This document shows, one piece after another, positions 37,938 through 51,024 of a stretch of DNA of 64,000 bases. The number at the start of each line of letters is the position of its first letter. Within the stretch, counting starts at the first letter, position 1. The notes below the pieces were generated by a model. That model ran no database searches and was not told where the DNA came from. It worked only from the letters and a program-made list of their open reading frames with translations. The DNA is from Callorhinchus milii (lineage: Eukaryota): positions 1 through 64,000 of the forward strand of contig NW_024704917.1 of NCBI RefSeq assembly GCF_018977255.1, read 5' to 3'. The position numbers and the translations under genes are program-made.

Positions 37938-39983
37938 ATATATAAATAAATAAATTTTTTTCATAACATAAACTGTGTAGCACAATATGTCTAAAGGAGG
38001 ACTGACATAAGACCCCCTCCATTTAAAATTGTGAAAGAAACTATGTAGGTTTAACAGCACGTAGGTAGAGTGACACTGGAAGTAAAACAACTGTCCCATA
38101 TAAAAATGCATCATTATTAACTGTGAATACTAATATAAAGATTGTTAATACACCCAATAGGTATCTGTACTATATCAAATACTAACATTTATTTGTTAAA
38201 TATGACACGGTTTGTGAAACAATTATGGTCAAGCAGTGTTATAAACCTGGCTATAAAGATGACAGTGAAGATGTTAATGTCATTGAAGTTGTGATAGCTA
38301 TTGACTGTACTTTCCACCTAACTGCTTTGTGTGACTATGTCAGCCAGGACAAGCAACAACTGACCAGGTCCAATGAGCTTCTTGAGCTAATTTTAAAGGC
38401 CTCAACCAGTACTTGGAGAAGAAGCGTGTCTTCGTTTCACGTTTATTCCTTCTGTCCAACAACATGTCCTGGAATATCCTCTCTGAGACCACTGATCCCA
38501 CGTGGTCGAGCACTCACCCACACACAGCAACATCTACACATACTTCAGTCTTAGACGTGTGTCATGTTAATTTCCAGGTTAGGGTTTGTCTTCGCTCTTG
38601 ACATGTACGAGCAATTAAACTGGCGCTATGAATTGGCCAGGAGATGGCAATTTTAGTATTACCCCTCCTTACATGGGATTTCACTTGCTACTTCGGTTTC
38701 CTTCTACATGGCAAACACTCGTTCATAAAACTGGCTAAACATCCCAATGCATAACCCTACAAAAAATTGTGTTGAGACACATCGAGATTTTCCTTCGTAA
38801 GTTATTTGCATTTTTACTGTTCATTTGTTTCGGTGCTAATGTCCCCATGTCAAATTGGTAGTCGTTGAACCATTTTTTTGATAGGACTCGTTGTGCTTGG
38901 TTTGCGGAGTTCGGCTCCATTTGAAGAAGTGCCTTGAGGGGATTTCACAAGTGACGTTCACAGCAGAGCTGGACACTACACACATGCGCAGCCAGGAGCA
39001 GGTGGAGCTAGTAGATGCCATCTCTACTCCACTGGTCCGTGGTCAGGTGGAGAAGTGGTTGCTCTTACTAGAATCCATCATGGTCCCCTCCGTGTACAAG
39101 GTCAGAAATGTGTCAATCCAAAGTGACCCCTATAAACATTTGGCCCTTGACATTTGATGTCGCACATGATTGCAGTTCCGTGATATTCTCTCGTGGTTTG
39201 AGCAATAACGTGGCAGCTCTGCGTATATGAAAAAAGTGTAATGTCTCAAAGCAAATGGATGGGAAAAGAGATACATATGGACATTATTTTTTGTGGCAAC
39301 AAATTGATGTACCGTAGCCACCAATTACTGAGCACAAACGGTCTGTCACAGTTATAACTTAAAGTTTGGACCATTAGACTCGGTAATTTGTTCCGCATAG
39401 ATCAGTAGTTTAATTTATCTTCTCGGCCTCCTTGCATTTAATTTGGGAACGCTAGTTTTATTACATGTTTTTAAAATATAATACTCCCTTGCTGCTTTGT
39501 GAATGCAGAAGCCAGCCATATGGCCCTTGTTTAATTATTGGTGTGAAGTGCAAAAATAAGAAAAGTGGAAAGTTGAGAATTGGATGGAAAATACATAAGA
39601 TTAAATCTTTCAAAGAAGGAGACCTTTGGTAAGAAGTGGACAGTAAATGTTCCACCAACAGAAAATATTGTAGAAAATTTATCGAGGAATGATAGGCGTC
39701 AGGGAATTAAAGGCATACAAAAAATGTGTATCTCACCGAAACGTGGCCCTTTGAGCCATTGAATGCAAATATGCTCAGTGTGCTGGGCTTGTCACGTGAT
39801 CCGTGTGGCCATGGAGGCGTACCCGGCGGTGGCACGCACGGACTGGGTGCGAGTGTGTCTCAGGCCTATTGGACCCAGCAGATCCACCAGACTATCCGTG
39901 CAAGTCCTTATGTGAGACTGCATTTATTGGCACATGTACCTTTCACTTTCTAATATTTTTTTGAGAAATATTGTGGACTCTGA

Positions 39984-40022
39984 ATGTCAACTGAAGTTGA
40001 AAATTTCAACTTCAGTTGACAT
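39984..40022. repeat. Perfect palindrome, 19-bp arms with a 1-nt centre
   Basis: atgtcaactgaagttgaaa-a-tttcaacttcagttgacat. Confidence 0.9.
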
Positions 40023-40051
40023 AGTAATTGCAGATGGTTAGGTATTTTGGA

Positions 40052-40300
40052 TTCATATTCTTAGGTTTTTCGGTAAAGTCACGTAGGTAAAAAATTAAAA
40101 TTAATAAAAGTAAAATAAAATAAAAATCACGACGTTTCGGAGGCAACACAAGCTTTTTAAGCTTCCGTCTTGTGTTGCCTCCGAAACGTCGTGATTTTTA
40201 TTTTATTTTATTTTTATTAATTTTAATTTTTTACCTACGTGACTTTACCGAAAAAACCTAAGAATATGAATCCTTGCAGTCACGAAAGCTTCAAATCTAG
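40052..40300 (+). mobile_element. Penelope-like fold-back remnant
   Basis: Near-perfect inverted arms of about 100 bp, each carrying the 3' half of the hammerhead (gcctccGAAACGTC). 12-bp TSD aggtattttgga (40040-40051 and 40301-40312). Confidence 0.8.
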
Positions 40301-43300
40301 AGGTATTTTGGAGAAGCTTAAAATGTATTATCATTGGAACATGTGTAGATTTTAACTGAGTGGAAACCGCATATGCCTATATTATTGCCAAGTGGGGCAT
40401 TCATTTAAGTGCTTTTTATATTTAGTAATGGCGTAGTGTAATGACTTGTAATAAAATCTTAATTGAGATGAGTAAAATCACATGCCCATAGCATGCAATA
40501 TAATCATGAAATCCCGCTCATGTACTCCTATTACGAGACAAATTATTTGGTGACACTGCATTGGCAGTAGTGCACAAGTACAAAATAATAAACTCAACAC
40601 ATTCATAACTCGCACTGCCTTAAAAGGAAAACATATAATAGGCGGTGTTTCAAGCAATGAGCCTTCTTCATAGCACTTGAATGGAGAAGGGTCATTGCTT
40701 GATGTCGCCTATTATATGTGCCTTTTTAAGCAGCGTTATTCATGAGTACGTTGAATAGTTTACTCCTATTACTAGGGTTTTTGTTCGTCAAAATGTAACA
40801 TTTGCAATCTCATAAGTCCAGTTCAAAAATAATGTTTAAAGATCAGCATTGCCATAAAACAGACCATATTTGTTTAAAAACTATAAAACAATTTCCCAAA
40901 TACAAAAATGGCATTTTCATTATTCTCCTGTGGCAGGCCACGAATGATGACCTGGCACAGAGCACAACAGGCATATACCACTGACACCCTGGCGCTCGAG
41001 AGGAGCCGGTTGGCGGAGCAGACGCACCTGACGCTGGGTGCCCTGGTGGTGTTTGACATTCACGCACGTGCCACATTCTGTCGACCTTGGTGCGGCGCCA
41101 GGTGGACGACAAGAAACAAAAAAACTTCCAGTGGCTGAGCCAGCTCCGCTACTACTGGACGGTGACTCAATGCAAACTGCCCTGATCGTTGTGGCAATTT
41201 GCACGCACAACGACAGCAGCCTCCTCTTTGCTGGACTTTCACTTTCATCATGCCAAGAGCAATTTTAGGAGACCTTAACATTATTGCCAATAAATATTAA
41301 TGAGTTATTCCCTTTGTATGGGGTTTCCCCCTCTTTAACAGTGTACTATACAACCGTAATTTATAATTTTAGTTTGTTGCTTATCAAAATAATTACAACT
41401 GCATAAAAACAGATACATTTAAGGGACGAGGCTGGCAGTGATGTGCAAGCACAAACCAAAAACACTATCTCATTAACACTTCATTATGAGATACATCTAA
41501 AGAGATATTTTTGCATTTAACTATATGTTGTGAAAGGTGTGTTATGCTGTTGTTTGGAACAAGCACAAGCCTCAATGCAGTGACAAATTGTGTAACTGAA
41601 GTGCTGCTGTTCCACGTCCTTGACTGCCATTAAACATCTCTTTAATGTCTTATTGACTTAGAAGCCCATAAAACCATATTTTATGAGTGTGTGCAGAAGG
41701 AGCAAATTCAGACACACGTGATTTATGCCCAGCTGCCTTATGGCTACGATGATTACCTCGGCAACGCTTCACGTCTGGTCATCACTCCACTCACGGATCG
41801 CTGCTAACTAGTAGGTGCAGTGTTTCCACCCTACAGCACAAACACTTTTGAAGAGAGCACTTTGTAACTACGATACTTCCTTGTAGCTTTCGTGTTGCAG
41901 TAAGTTCTGTCTTAAATATAAGAAATGTCGTACATATTTTTGTAGTGGGAATGCACGTTGAATACTAAGTATTGGTGCTATACACTCCTATCACGACTTG
42001 AAGCATGTAGTTAGGGTTCGCTATCACGTAAGCATTGCCAACAGGACTCGGTTTGGGACGTTGAGCCTACATCTGAGCGGTGCTCCAGAGGGTCCAGCTG
42101 AAACTGGCAAAACGGAGACCACCAAGTGCCTTGCCGAGGCAATGGCCAAGCAGTGCCTCATGTTTAACTGCTCCAATGAACCTCGATTACATCACCCTTG
42201 GCAAATTGTGCAAGGCAAGTATGACCAGCATACGGTCAACAAGAAGGTGTCCAGAAAAAACACAATTGAACCAAGAGTAGACTAAATGCATTGCAAAATG
42301 GATAATGGAAAGTTAAAGTTTTATGTATGTTGAACTTCTTTCACACTGTACCTAGCCATCCATGCTAATCGGAAGGTGCAGGGGGAAGGACAACGAACTA
42401 AAGCAATCCTGTGGTTGCACAAACTACGGAGAACATTGCCCTGATCAGCCAACACCAATGCAGGCATATTCCATCTATTCCAAGATAGAGGCCTTCCAAT
42501 GTTGATGCACTGCCTACAGTTGTCTGCCAGTACTCTTTCTCCCATACTAACAAACTGAATGTTTTTAGTATTTTCTTGAAAAAGTAAAAAAAAGTGACCT
42601 CTTTTCCATATTATTTATGTTTTAGGTATAAATAAAACAACAGAAGGACATACATTATAACAGAACTATTATTTGATAAGAAGCAATCAATACAGATAAT
42701 ACATTTTAGTCTTGTTCCTCTTGTGCACATCTCACATGATCAGGGCTTGCCTGTGGGGCTGTTTTAATGAGTTCAGTGGAATAAATTGGAGGCGCTGTCA
42801 GGTGTGGCCCAGAAGATTCTGAAAATCTAAAGAGGCGTTACATCTCAGTCATTTCGATACACATTTCCCTTGACCTTACAAATCAGAAGCACCCATACAC
42901 ACGATATGTACACAATGTGAATACTTTTGTGTTTTCATTTCATAAATGTAGTTTTTGGCTTGTACATTGCTTGGTTAAGTAGGCAAATTAAGTAGACAAA
43001 CTACAAACATTAACTCTTGACACCTCACTGCTTTCATTTGCCTGTCTCCTGTGAATTGTCGTAACGTTTGAAGCTTGATGGCTTTGAAACATTTCATTAA
43101 TGCACTGGAGATGCAGCAATTTCATACACTGCAAAAGTTAGGCAATTTAACTGCCATTTGAAACATTTTGTCCTACATGTACATTTGTACAATTCATAGA
43201 CATTCTCTATGACTAAGTTAGGTTTGCTTTGCATGGAGCTGTGTAAGTGTGCACCTATCTAACTTCTCAGGCCCTGTTCCACTCGATGGCCGTGATAGTG

Positions 43301-43465
43301 CCGGACTACGCACTAATCTCTGAGATCATACTCTACTCGTGCCGGTTTGTACGTGCACGTCCCCTCCCTGCCAAGATCGTCGGCATGTATCCTTTCGGCT
43401 CGGAGCAGCTGTCCTCGCAATACCGCTACGACTACGGCATGCGCGCCGTCAAGACCGTGCTTATA

Positions 43466-43874
43466 CTGGTAGAAACCTCCTGGTTACACCAGCCCACAGG
43501 GGATTATTGTGTCCGTCGTGCAGGGAGGGGCTGGGTGGGGAGGAGGGGCTGGGTGGGGAGGGGAGGGTGGGGAAGGGCTGGGTGGGGAGGGTGGGGAGGG
43601 CTGGATGGGGAGGGGAGGGTGGGGAGGGCTGAGTGGGGAGGGTGGGGAGGGCTGGGTGGGGAGGGTGGGGCTGGGTGGGGGTGGGGTGGGGCTGGGTGGG
43701 GAGGGGCTGGTCACCCCGTGGTGCCCTTATAAAACTCAACGTTTAACCTACTCACGCCGGCTTGTGCCCGCCCTCACAGTCGGCCATATTTGCGGAATAC
43801 ACCATCCCGCTATTGACCTTGGCCATTGACCGAGCAACCCAACATTCCTACCAGCTCCCTCCGCAGGAATGTGT
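43466..43874 (+). mobile_element. Unclassified TA-flanked G-rich element, copy B, inside a dynein exon
   Basis: Removing it plus one TA restores gtg ctt ata gct gct ggc agc ctc aag (VLIAAGSLK). Confidence 0.85.
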
Positions 43875-44305
43875 TAGCTGCTGGCAGCCTCAAGGTTTCT
43901 TGTTCAAGCATCTATTCAGTGGGCCACTCATGGGTAATGCGCAGCGCAGAAGGGCACTTGCTTGATTGTTCACATGCTATGGAGTTGTTGGACAGTCACT
44001 GGTCGAGTACTTGCCCTGTGCTTGGGAGACCCCACCTGATAGAAGAAAGTTTTGCATCATTCGGTCTTCTACTCGAGTGCATGCTCCACTTTCACGTATT
44101 GGGGAGACACCTAGAGGATAAGATGAGCAATTTTGAGCATAGTTGTATATTCAGGGTGGACGAGGCTCCATTATGGTACACTCTGAATGTCAGTGAGCAC
44201 ACTGTGCAGACCATTTTGATATTAAACAAAAGCATAGTTCAAGTATGCTTCAGCTGTGTGCTCAATGTTCTACCTGAAATACCAGAGGAAGATGAGGATA
44301 TCCTA

Positions 44306-44702
44306 ACACATTCCTGCGGAGGGAGCTGGAAGGAACGTTGGGTTGCTCGGTCAATGGCCAGGGTCAACGGCGGCGTGGTGTATTCTGCACATATGCCCGA
44401 CTGTGAGGGCGGGCATAAGCCGGCGTGAGTAGTTTAAACGTTGAGTTTTATAAGGGCACCACGGGGTGACCAACCCCTCCCCACCCAGCCCCACCCCCCA
44501 CCCTCCCCACCCAGCCCCTCCCCATCTTCCCCACCCAGCCCCTCCCCACCCAGCATTTCCCACCCTCCCCTCCCACCCTCCCCACCCAGCCCCTCCCCAC
44601 CCTCCCCTCCCCACCCAGCCCCTCCTTCCCCACCCAGCACCTCCCTGTACGACGGACACAATAATCCCCTGTGGGCTGGTGTAACCAGGAGGTTCCTACC
44701 AG
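44306..44702 (-). mobile_element. Unclassified TA-flanked G-rich element, copy C, inside the next dynein exon
   Basis: Removing it plus one TA restores gat atc cta tta ata cgc tct atc (DILLIRSI). Confidence 0.85.
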
Positions 44703-45029
44703 TATTAATACGCTCTATCATTGATGTCAACTTGCCCAAGTTCCTGGCAAACGACATTCCTCTCTTCCAGGTTCAGCACTGGTCCCACAAGGACACTGTG
44801 AACCACTTCCATTATTTTGTTTGAGATATTTCACTTGTGCTTCTGTATTTGTGCATTCATACTCATGATTTGCCACCTCATTTATAACACGTTTATTTTA
44901 TGGGATGTGATTTGTCTTGAAATATTTTACAAAACTAATTTAAGTTCGTAACGCTTATGCTCTATATTAATTACCTTCGTAACTTGTTTATATATTGAAC
45001 ACGTTCAGATTTAGGGGTTTTAATTAGTT

Positions 45030-45177
45030 ACTCTTTGGTTCTTTCGGTAAAGTCACGTAGTTAGAAATAAAATAAAACAAATCACGACGTTTTGATCGCA
45101 ACACAAGCGGTCGTCGTCAGCCTATTTCTACCTACGTGAGTATGGATTCCTGCAGTCACGAAAGCCTCACATCAAGA
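45030..45177. mobile_element. Penelope-like fold-back remnant with a degenerate minus-strand hammerhead
   Basis: Minus strand CTGACGA...AAAACGTC (45086-45120). Imperfect TSD ttttaattagtt/ttttaatttgtt. Confidence 0.7.
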
Positions 45178-46049
45178 TTTTAATTTGTTCTTTTTGCTTC
45201 AGGAGTCACTCATTTGTTGTTGTCCTCTCCAGCAAAGATACACATTTAAATGTTGAAAATGCTCCAAAATAATAAAGATACACGATATTTTAACAAAGAG
45301 GCAGGGACAACGAATGCCACGTTTAACTGACTTGTAATATTATTTATATAGGATCAAGATTCCATAAGCCATTGCACATATTCATGTTCTTCAGTACTTT
45401 TGAAGGCTGAAGCTGCGAAAGCTATCATCCCATTCTGCCCATCACACATGGGTGTGGTGCCCGTGGCCAGGGCACTGTGTCAGACCTGCTGACGATGCCC
45501 GGGGCCGACGACCAAGCCCTGCTCAACGCAGTGAAGGGGAGCTACGCGTCCATGAGACTACAACATGCTCATAAGAACATTTTCTATCCTGCTATCTCAT
45601 AGCCACTTAGGGCCAGTGTATTTGTAGTGTAACAAAGCTATGAGATCCAGCAAACCTTGCTTCCAAAGTGCTCGATTATTGGCGTGCACAATGTCAGCAA
45701 CTAAGTGCTGTTGAGTCAGTAATTAAAGATGCTGACTATTTACCCTCATTAATAAATTGATGTTTGCTTCCTTGCAATACTCTGTTCTGGAAAATCCAAT
45801 GTAGCTGAGAGCGTGGTGGCAATGTAGTTTTATTTATTTATTATGGTACATTTTCAGGTGGCAACCAAACCTTCTAATCCTGTTTAAACACGTAGGCTCT
45901 CGCGACCAATAGTATCTATTAAAGACGTTTTTTGGGTTAGCTATGCCTTCTTATCCTGTTTTTTCTGCCACCTAACCATTGCTGCTCATTCAGCCATGGC
46001 TGGAGGATGCCTTCCAGGTGGTGGCAACATGGTTCTTGATTCAGTCAGG

Positions 46050-46326
46050 CAGTGGTGTAGCTAGGATATTTTGCGCCCGGGGACGAACTATAAAATTTGC
46101 GCCCCCCCCCGTTTAATCACATACCAAAATGTAATTACATGACATGTAGGCTGTGTGTGGCGGATAAATAAACTTTTAGGTTGAGGTGTAGATTTGTGCA
46201 GTAGTTTCAGGCTGCCGCGCCCGCCGCAATAAGTTATAATGTAACGCTGTAAGCCTCATTTTGGCGCCCCTTTACCTTGGCGCCCGGGGACATATGTACC
46301 CCCTGCCCCCCCTAGCTACGCCTCTG
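46050..46326. mobile_element. hAT MITE inserted in a dynein exon
   Basis: TIRs cagtggtgtagctagg / cctagctacgcctctg (14/16). Perfect 8-bp TSD cagtcagg (46042-46049 and 46327-46334). Confidence 0.85.
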
Positions 46327-46476
46327 CAGTCAGGTCTGCCACAGCAGTATCTGCGTGAATGTGTGCCATGCGTTCCACGTGTTGGCCATGGAGCTGCCGA
46401 ATCATTTCCGTGCTAAGCAGCAGCAGCGCCTCAACTATGTGACTCCCACCTCCTACGTGGAGCTCATGGAAAGGTG

Positions 46477-46626
46477 TCGTGGTGGAGAGATGTTAACTCC
46501 CTCACCTTGTATGTAGGAGGTCATAGGTTCTATTCCCGACCCTAACGCCTGTATCTTTGGATTGGGCATGTTTTCCCTGTGGTCACGTTGATTTTTCTCC
46601 GGGTCATCCGGTTTTTACCTCCACAT
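46477..46626 (+). mobile_element. tRNA-derived SINE
   Basis: Shares gagatgttaactccctc, a B-box-like ggttctattccc and ctccgggtc.tccggttt with 34772-34898. Confidence 0.65.
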
Positions 46627-49600
46627 TTAGAAACGTGATTTTAGAGTTTTTGGCTACGATAAAGTTTCACACATAAAGCCACTTGGATTGAGCTATCATT
46701 TGTGGTCAGGTCATTTCTGAAAATAGCTATATATAGCTCAGTGGGCCTTACCTGGGTAAAATACAAAGTTTTCGTTTATCTGCATCCTGAATTGTGTGAG
46801 GCCTGACCGTGTCCCAGACCACGTTGGGCTCTGGTAAGGAGATTGAGGACCTGTGGGAGCCGGCGAAGCAGCTGCTGGGTGACATTCGCTTCCTTCATTC
46901 GCTTCACGAGCGCGACAAAGACAACATCCCCGCACCTGTCAGAAAGACCATATGCACCTAGTACATTACCAACCCAGATTTTGGGCCCCAGGCAATGTTC
47001 CGTTATGTGTCAATGGCAGCTAAAGGTCTGTTAAGTGGTTACATTATTTCCCAAAATCTTGCACAGAGATGCTGGGTTGGTGGCGAGAGGGAGAATTTGC
47101 AAAGGGACAAAGTGGATTAAGAATCGGCTGTAAAGATATGACCTGGGACTAATTTTGAGTTATGCTGTTATTCATTTCATAATTGTGATAGTCATACAAA
47201 CCTGTGGCCTGTTTATGATAGTCACGAATTTAATAACCATCTAGATAAAAATTAAATGCTTAAAAAAAACATGTCGTACTATCAACAATTTTTTTTTATA
47301 TGGCGTTATCACTTTTTCCAAAATATTGATTTATTGTATATGTCAATGTTTTATTATCGTAGGTTGTAATTGATTAGGCCAGCTTATAATTGATTATTCT
47401 AACCTAAGAGCAATTACTTAAATCTACATTGACTAACACTGGTCTATTATGGATTGACCACCATATGCGCCATAATTGATTGCTTTAGGCTATAACTGAC
47501 AAATGATTCCAATGTAACATTGATTGTACTTAAAGTACAGACTGCGCACGCATAAACGTATTGCTCGTTGCCCAAGTATGGCTTGCGAGTATAGTTCACT
47601 CTCTGGTGCAGGGTGTTCAAGGTGGTGGCTCCGAAGAAAGAGAAGCTGGCAGCAGCGCAGACAGAGCTGGAGGGAGCCATGGTTGGTCTGCACGTCAAGC
47701 AGCACACACAGCGCCAAGGTGGCCGACATCAAGGCCCCTCACTCAATGAGACCAAACGCCGCACGGCTGAGCTGGAGGACCAGGTGGGGGCGCCACACAC
47801 CAACGGAGCACCCAAGTCACCCCGCAGTGCACTCTCTCAATTGCCAAGTGCTTCACGCATTGTTGTGTAGCTCTATACTATTTGTTGTCATCCAGTTACA
47901 ATAATTAATTAGCAGTGTGAATATAATGCACTGCAATCCTTCCTATTAATGTAATGGAAAACAATCTAGTTATTAGAATTTGCATTCACGAAGCATCTGA
48001 CGCCATCGCAAAATTCTGTAAAAATACGAATTAAAAGCATGTTTTAATTAAGGCAGGCAATTAAGGATATAATTATACAGACCACAGCGGGAATTGAGAA
48101 ACATAATAGAAGTACGTATAAAGATGATTCATAGGGACAGTCACATATAAAGCAGGGCTTGAACAGGGGCATAAGTAACATGTTTTTGCTACATATCTGG
48201 TTCTCTGACATGCATAATTCACCCTTGCCGAGGTGGATGCACTCTTTGTGTGGCATTCATGTGTGCAGTCCAACATGTGCAGCAAAAAGTTGGAGCGGGC
48301 GGAGGTACTGATAGGGTCCATGGGCGCAGAGAAGACACGCTGGGGCCAGGCTGCCAACAGTCACTCGAGCAACAGGGCAACCTTACGGGAGATGCCCTCA
48401 TCTCCGCTGGCACCATCGCCTAACCGGACGGCTTCACTTTCAGCGACATATAGGCCTGTTTCTGACCAAGACAGCCGCACGAATAGACATACTTTACAGT
48501 TGTTATTTTGTGATTAAGCTTGTCTACCGGGGAAACGCGTCCTGATTGTCAAAACTCTCTTTCATGAGTCTTGTGAAGTTTTTCGCAGTGGGGTCGACGA
48601 TTGCTATTTTTTTTTTACTAATTAGCGGATTGGCCAGGACGTTATTTTATTGGGCAAATTTGAACCATTACACTGGCAGACAACTGCCAACTCTATTTGA
48701 GTATCACAGGATCGTTAACATCCATTATGATGTAGATAAGCAAATTTTATGTTTATACACCCACATAATTAATTCGGGCAACCTGCCAGATTCAAATTGC
48801 AAGCCTCTGCAAAAAGCAGCGAACATGCTGTATGCACCATGTCACTGCCCCACATACAAATTATGATCGCAAATTTGGTGATGGATTTGTAATTTTTTGG
48901 GATTTTTAAATAGACTAAGATTCAAAGATGTATTTTATAAAAAATGTTGGTGTTATTCAGAATAGTAGTAATTAAATATGCTCTATTTCACACTCACTGC
49001 TGAGCTCCTTCCCTTAAAGTTCACTTGTCATTCTGCTTACTGATGCAAGTTGCACAGTGGATGCAGATTTGTAAGGACCGACAGATCCCATGCTCCAACA
49101 ATTGCTCCCAGAAACGTGCGTACACTTGATGACCCTGTGAGAATAAGAGAATGGGATATCGCTGGCATGCCTTCTTGATAGTTTCTTCACGAATAACGGT
49201 GTCATAGGCAAGCCAGTAGCTTATGCTCCTGCATCAATACGCAAGCTCTTTTAATAATTGAAAGTGATATTGTAAATAAGATCAACTAATTTAAAATCTT
49301 GCCTGGATGACATGCTTCACAATTCTATAGTGACAGAATTTTGTAAACCAGTTTAGCAATTAATAATCATATTTATATGGCCTAGAGAAAGAAAGAAGGC
49401 TTTATTTTTTTACTTCCCGCCTGACCTGTGCTGCATAATTTCACCGTTATGTAGCTATGCACGTCGCTGACCACTGATGATCAACCTTAGCAAATACATG
49501 AATTGTCAATTCGGGGTTGCGATTCGATTCAAGAATCAGATATATATCCATTTTTTTCCTCTGATTAGCACGGTTGTAATATATGGTGTAAAAGAAGTCC

Positions 49601-49742
49601 AAACATACAAACAACAGCTCATTTCTAGCAGCAGTAGTAGCCACGTCAACCTAATACACACAACGTATACAAATACATAATAATTCTTAGTATGCACGAT
49701 GTGACGCATGTATCGTCAGCATAAGAAGAAATGTGAATTGAA

Positions 49743-49868
49743 TTTCGATTTAAAGCTTTCGTGACTGCAGGGATTCATCTTCTTGTTCTTTCGGTAAAGT
49801 CACGTAGAAGGAAAAATAGAGGTGTAATGAAGCACCTTTCTAATTGATGCTTCATTACACCTCTATTT
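49743..49868 (-). mobile_element. Penelope-like tail fragment followed by a 21-bp hairpin
   Basis: Tail gatttaaagctttcgtgactgcagggattcatc...gtcacgtag, then aaatagaggtgtaatgaagca / tgcttcattacacctctattt. Confidence 0.65.
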
Positions 49869-51024
49869 GCTACCATTGTATGTAATATCAGCACAGCAGC
49901 TGGTGCATCAACCCGCCTTACACGTGTGTGTCTGGCTGCGTAGCCACCAGCGTTACTGGAGGATGATTGTGGATCTCGTGCTGGAGTCGTTTCTGCCGAA
50001 GCAGAAGTTCCAGCACGGCGGCGGTGTGTGCGTGTGCGCCTTGGTGACGCCACCATTGAGTACGTGGCTGACTTTCGCTTCTACATCACCACCAACCTGA
50101 GCAACCCACACTACCTGCTCGAAACGTCTGCCCAGGTCAGACGTGTGCCCCACGCAGCAGCGACACACTGCAGAGACAAACGTCACTTGATTAAATTGTT
50201 TTCACATGTTACTGTGCCTTAGATTTAAACAGATGTTCACTTGTGCCTTCCCTTCCCAATAGTGATTACATGGCAGTTTCTGTCTCCATGTGACTCCATG
50301 TTTAGGCAGGCATCTAATTTGCTACATTGGCTCAGTTATTTGGTTTGGTTATAATTCTCATCTACCTTTCTAATCAAGTGTGAATGAAACGTTGCTACTG
50401 TCCGTGTGGCACAGGTGATGCTACTGAACTTTACGATAACATTTCGTGGGCTGCGGGACCAGCTGTTGAGCATCGCAGTGTCCCGTGAGAGGCCAGATCT
50501 GGAGGAGCAGAACCAGGCACTGAATCTACAGAACGCTAACAACAAGAGGCATGCAAGCAGCGCCACAGGCGTACTCAAAAATGTTTCACGTGTACTCTTG
50601 TTTGTTGTGTGCACACCACACCAACTACTCACACAAAGACAAAGATCCCCCATATGGGCTTTAAAACTGCAAGGGCAAGTGCTCTTACAAAGCACACAAA
50701 AAGACTGCCTATCTTATTCTCCACAACAGAAATGGTGATACACCTCAGCAGGTAGTCATTTTATGATGCGTTGACCAAGAAGGGCAGCCCAGGCCAGAAT
50801 TATAATGCCATCGCCACTGGTGTTAACCATCATGCACAGGAGTCAAACCCACGTTGCTCGGTTTACATACACATGTACATGCACACAAACTCACATGTAT
50901 TGTTTAGTAATGTAAAATTTTTAACTAAAGGATGCATGACAAATATGAACATTTTAATTATCAAAACAATAACACACACCCTTCAAGCACACTCATTGGG
51001 TATTTCAATATAATCTAGGGTTTA

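Noticed and set aside
43466-44702. Composite transposon with TIRs of about 400 bp around a 200-aa ORF (43826-44428)
   Set aside because: Each repeat has its own TA flanks, and the spacer is dynein exon ends plus intron. These are two independent insertions and the ORF is a chance chimera.
43339-44824. Gly/Trp-rich and Pro-rich ORFs, also at 18918-19260
   Set aside because: Artefacts of the G-rich array inside the TA-flanked element.
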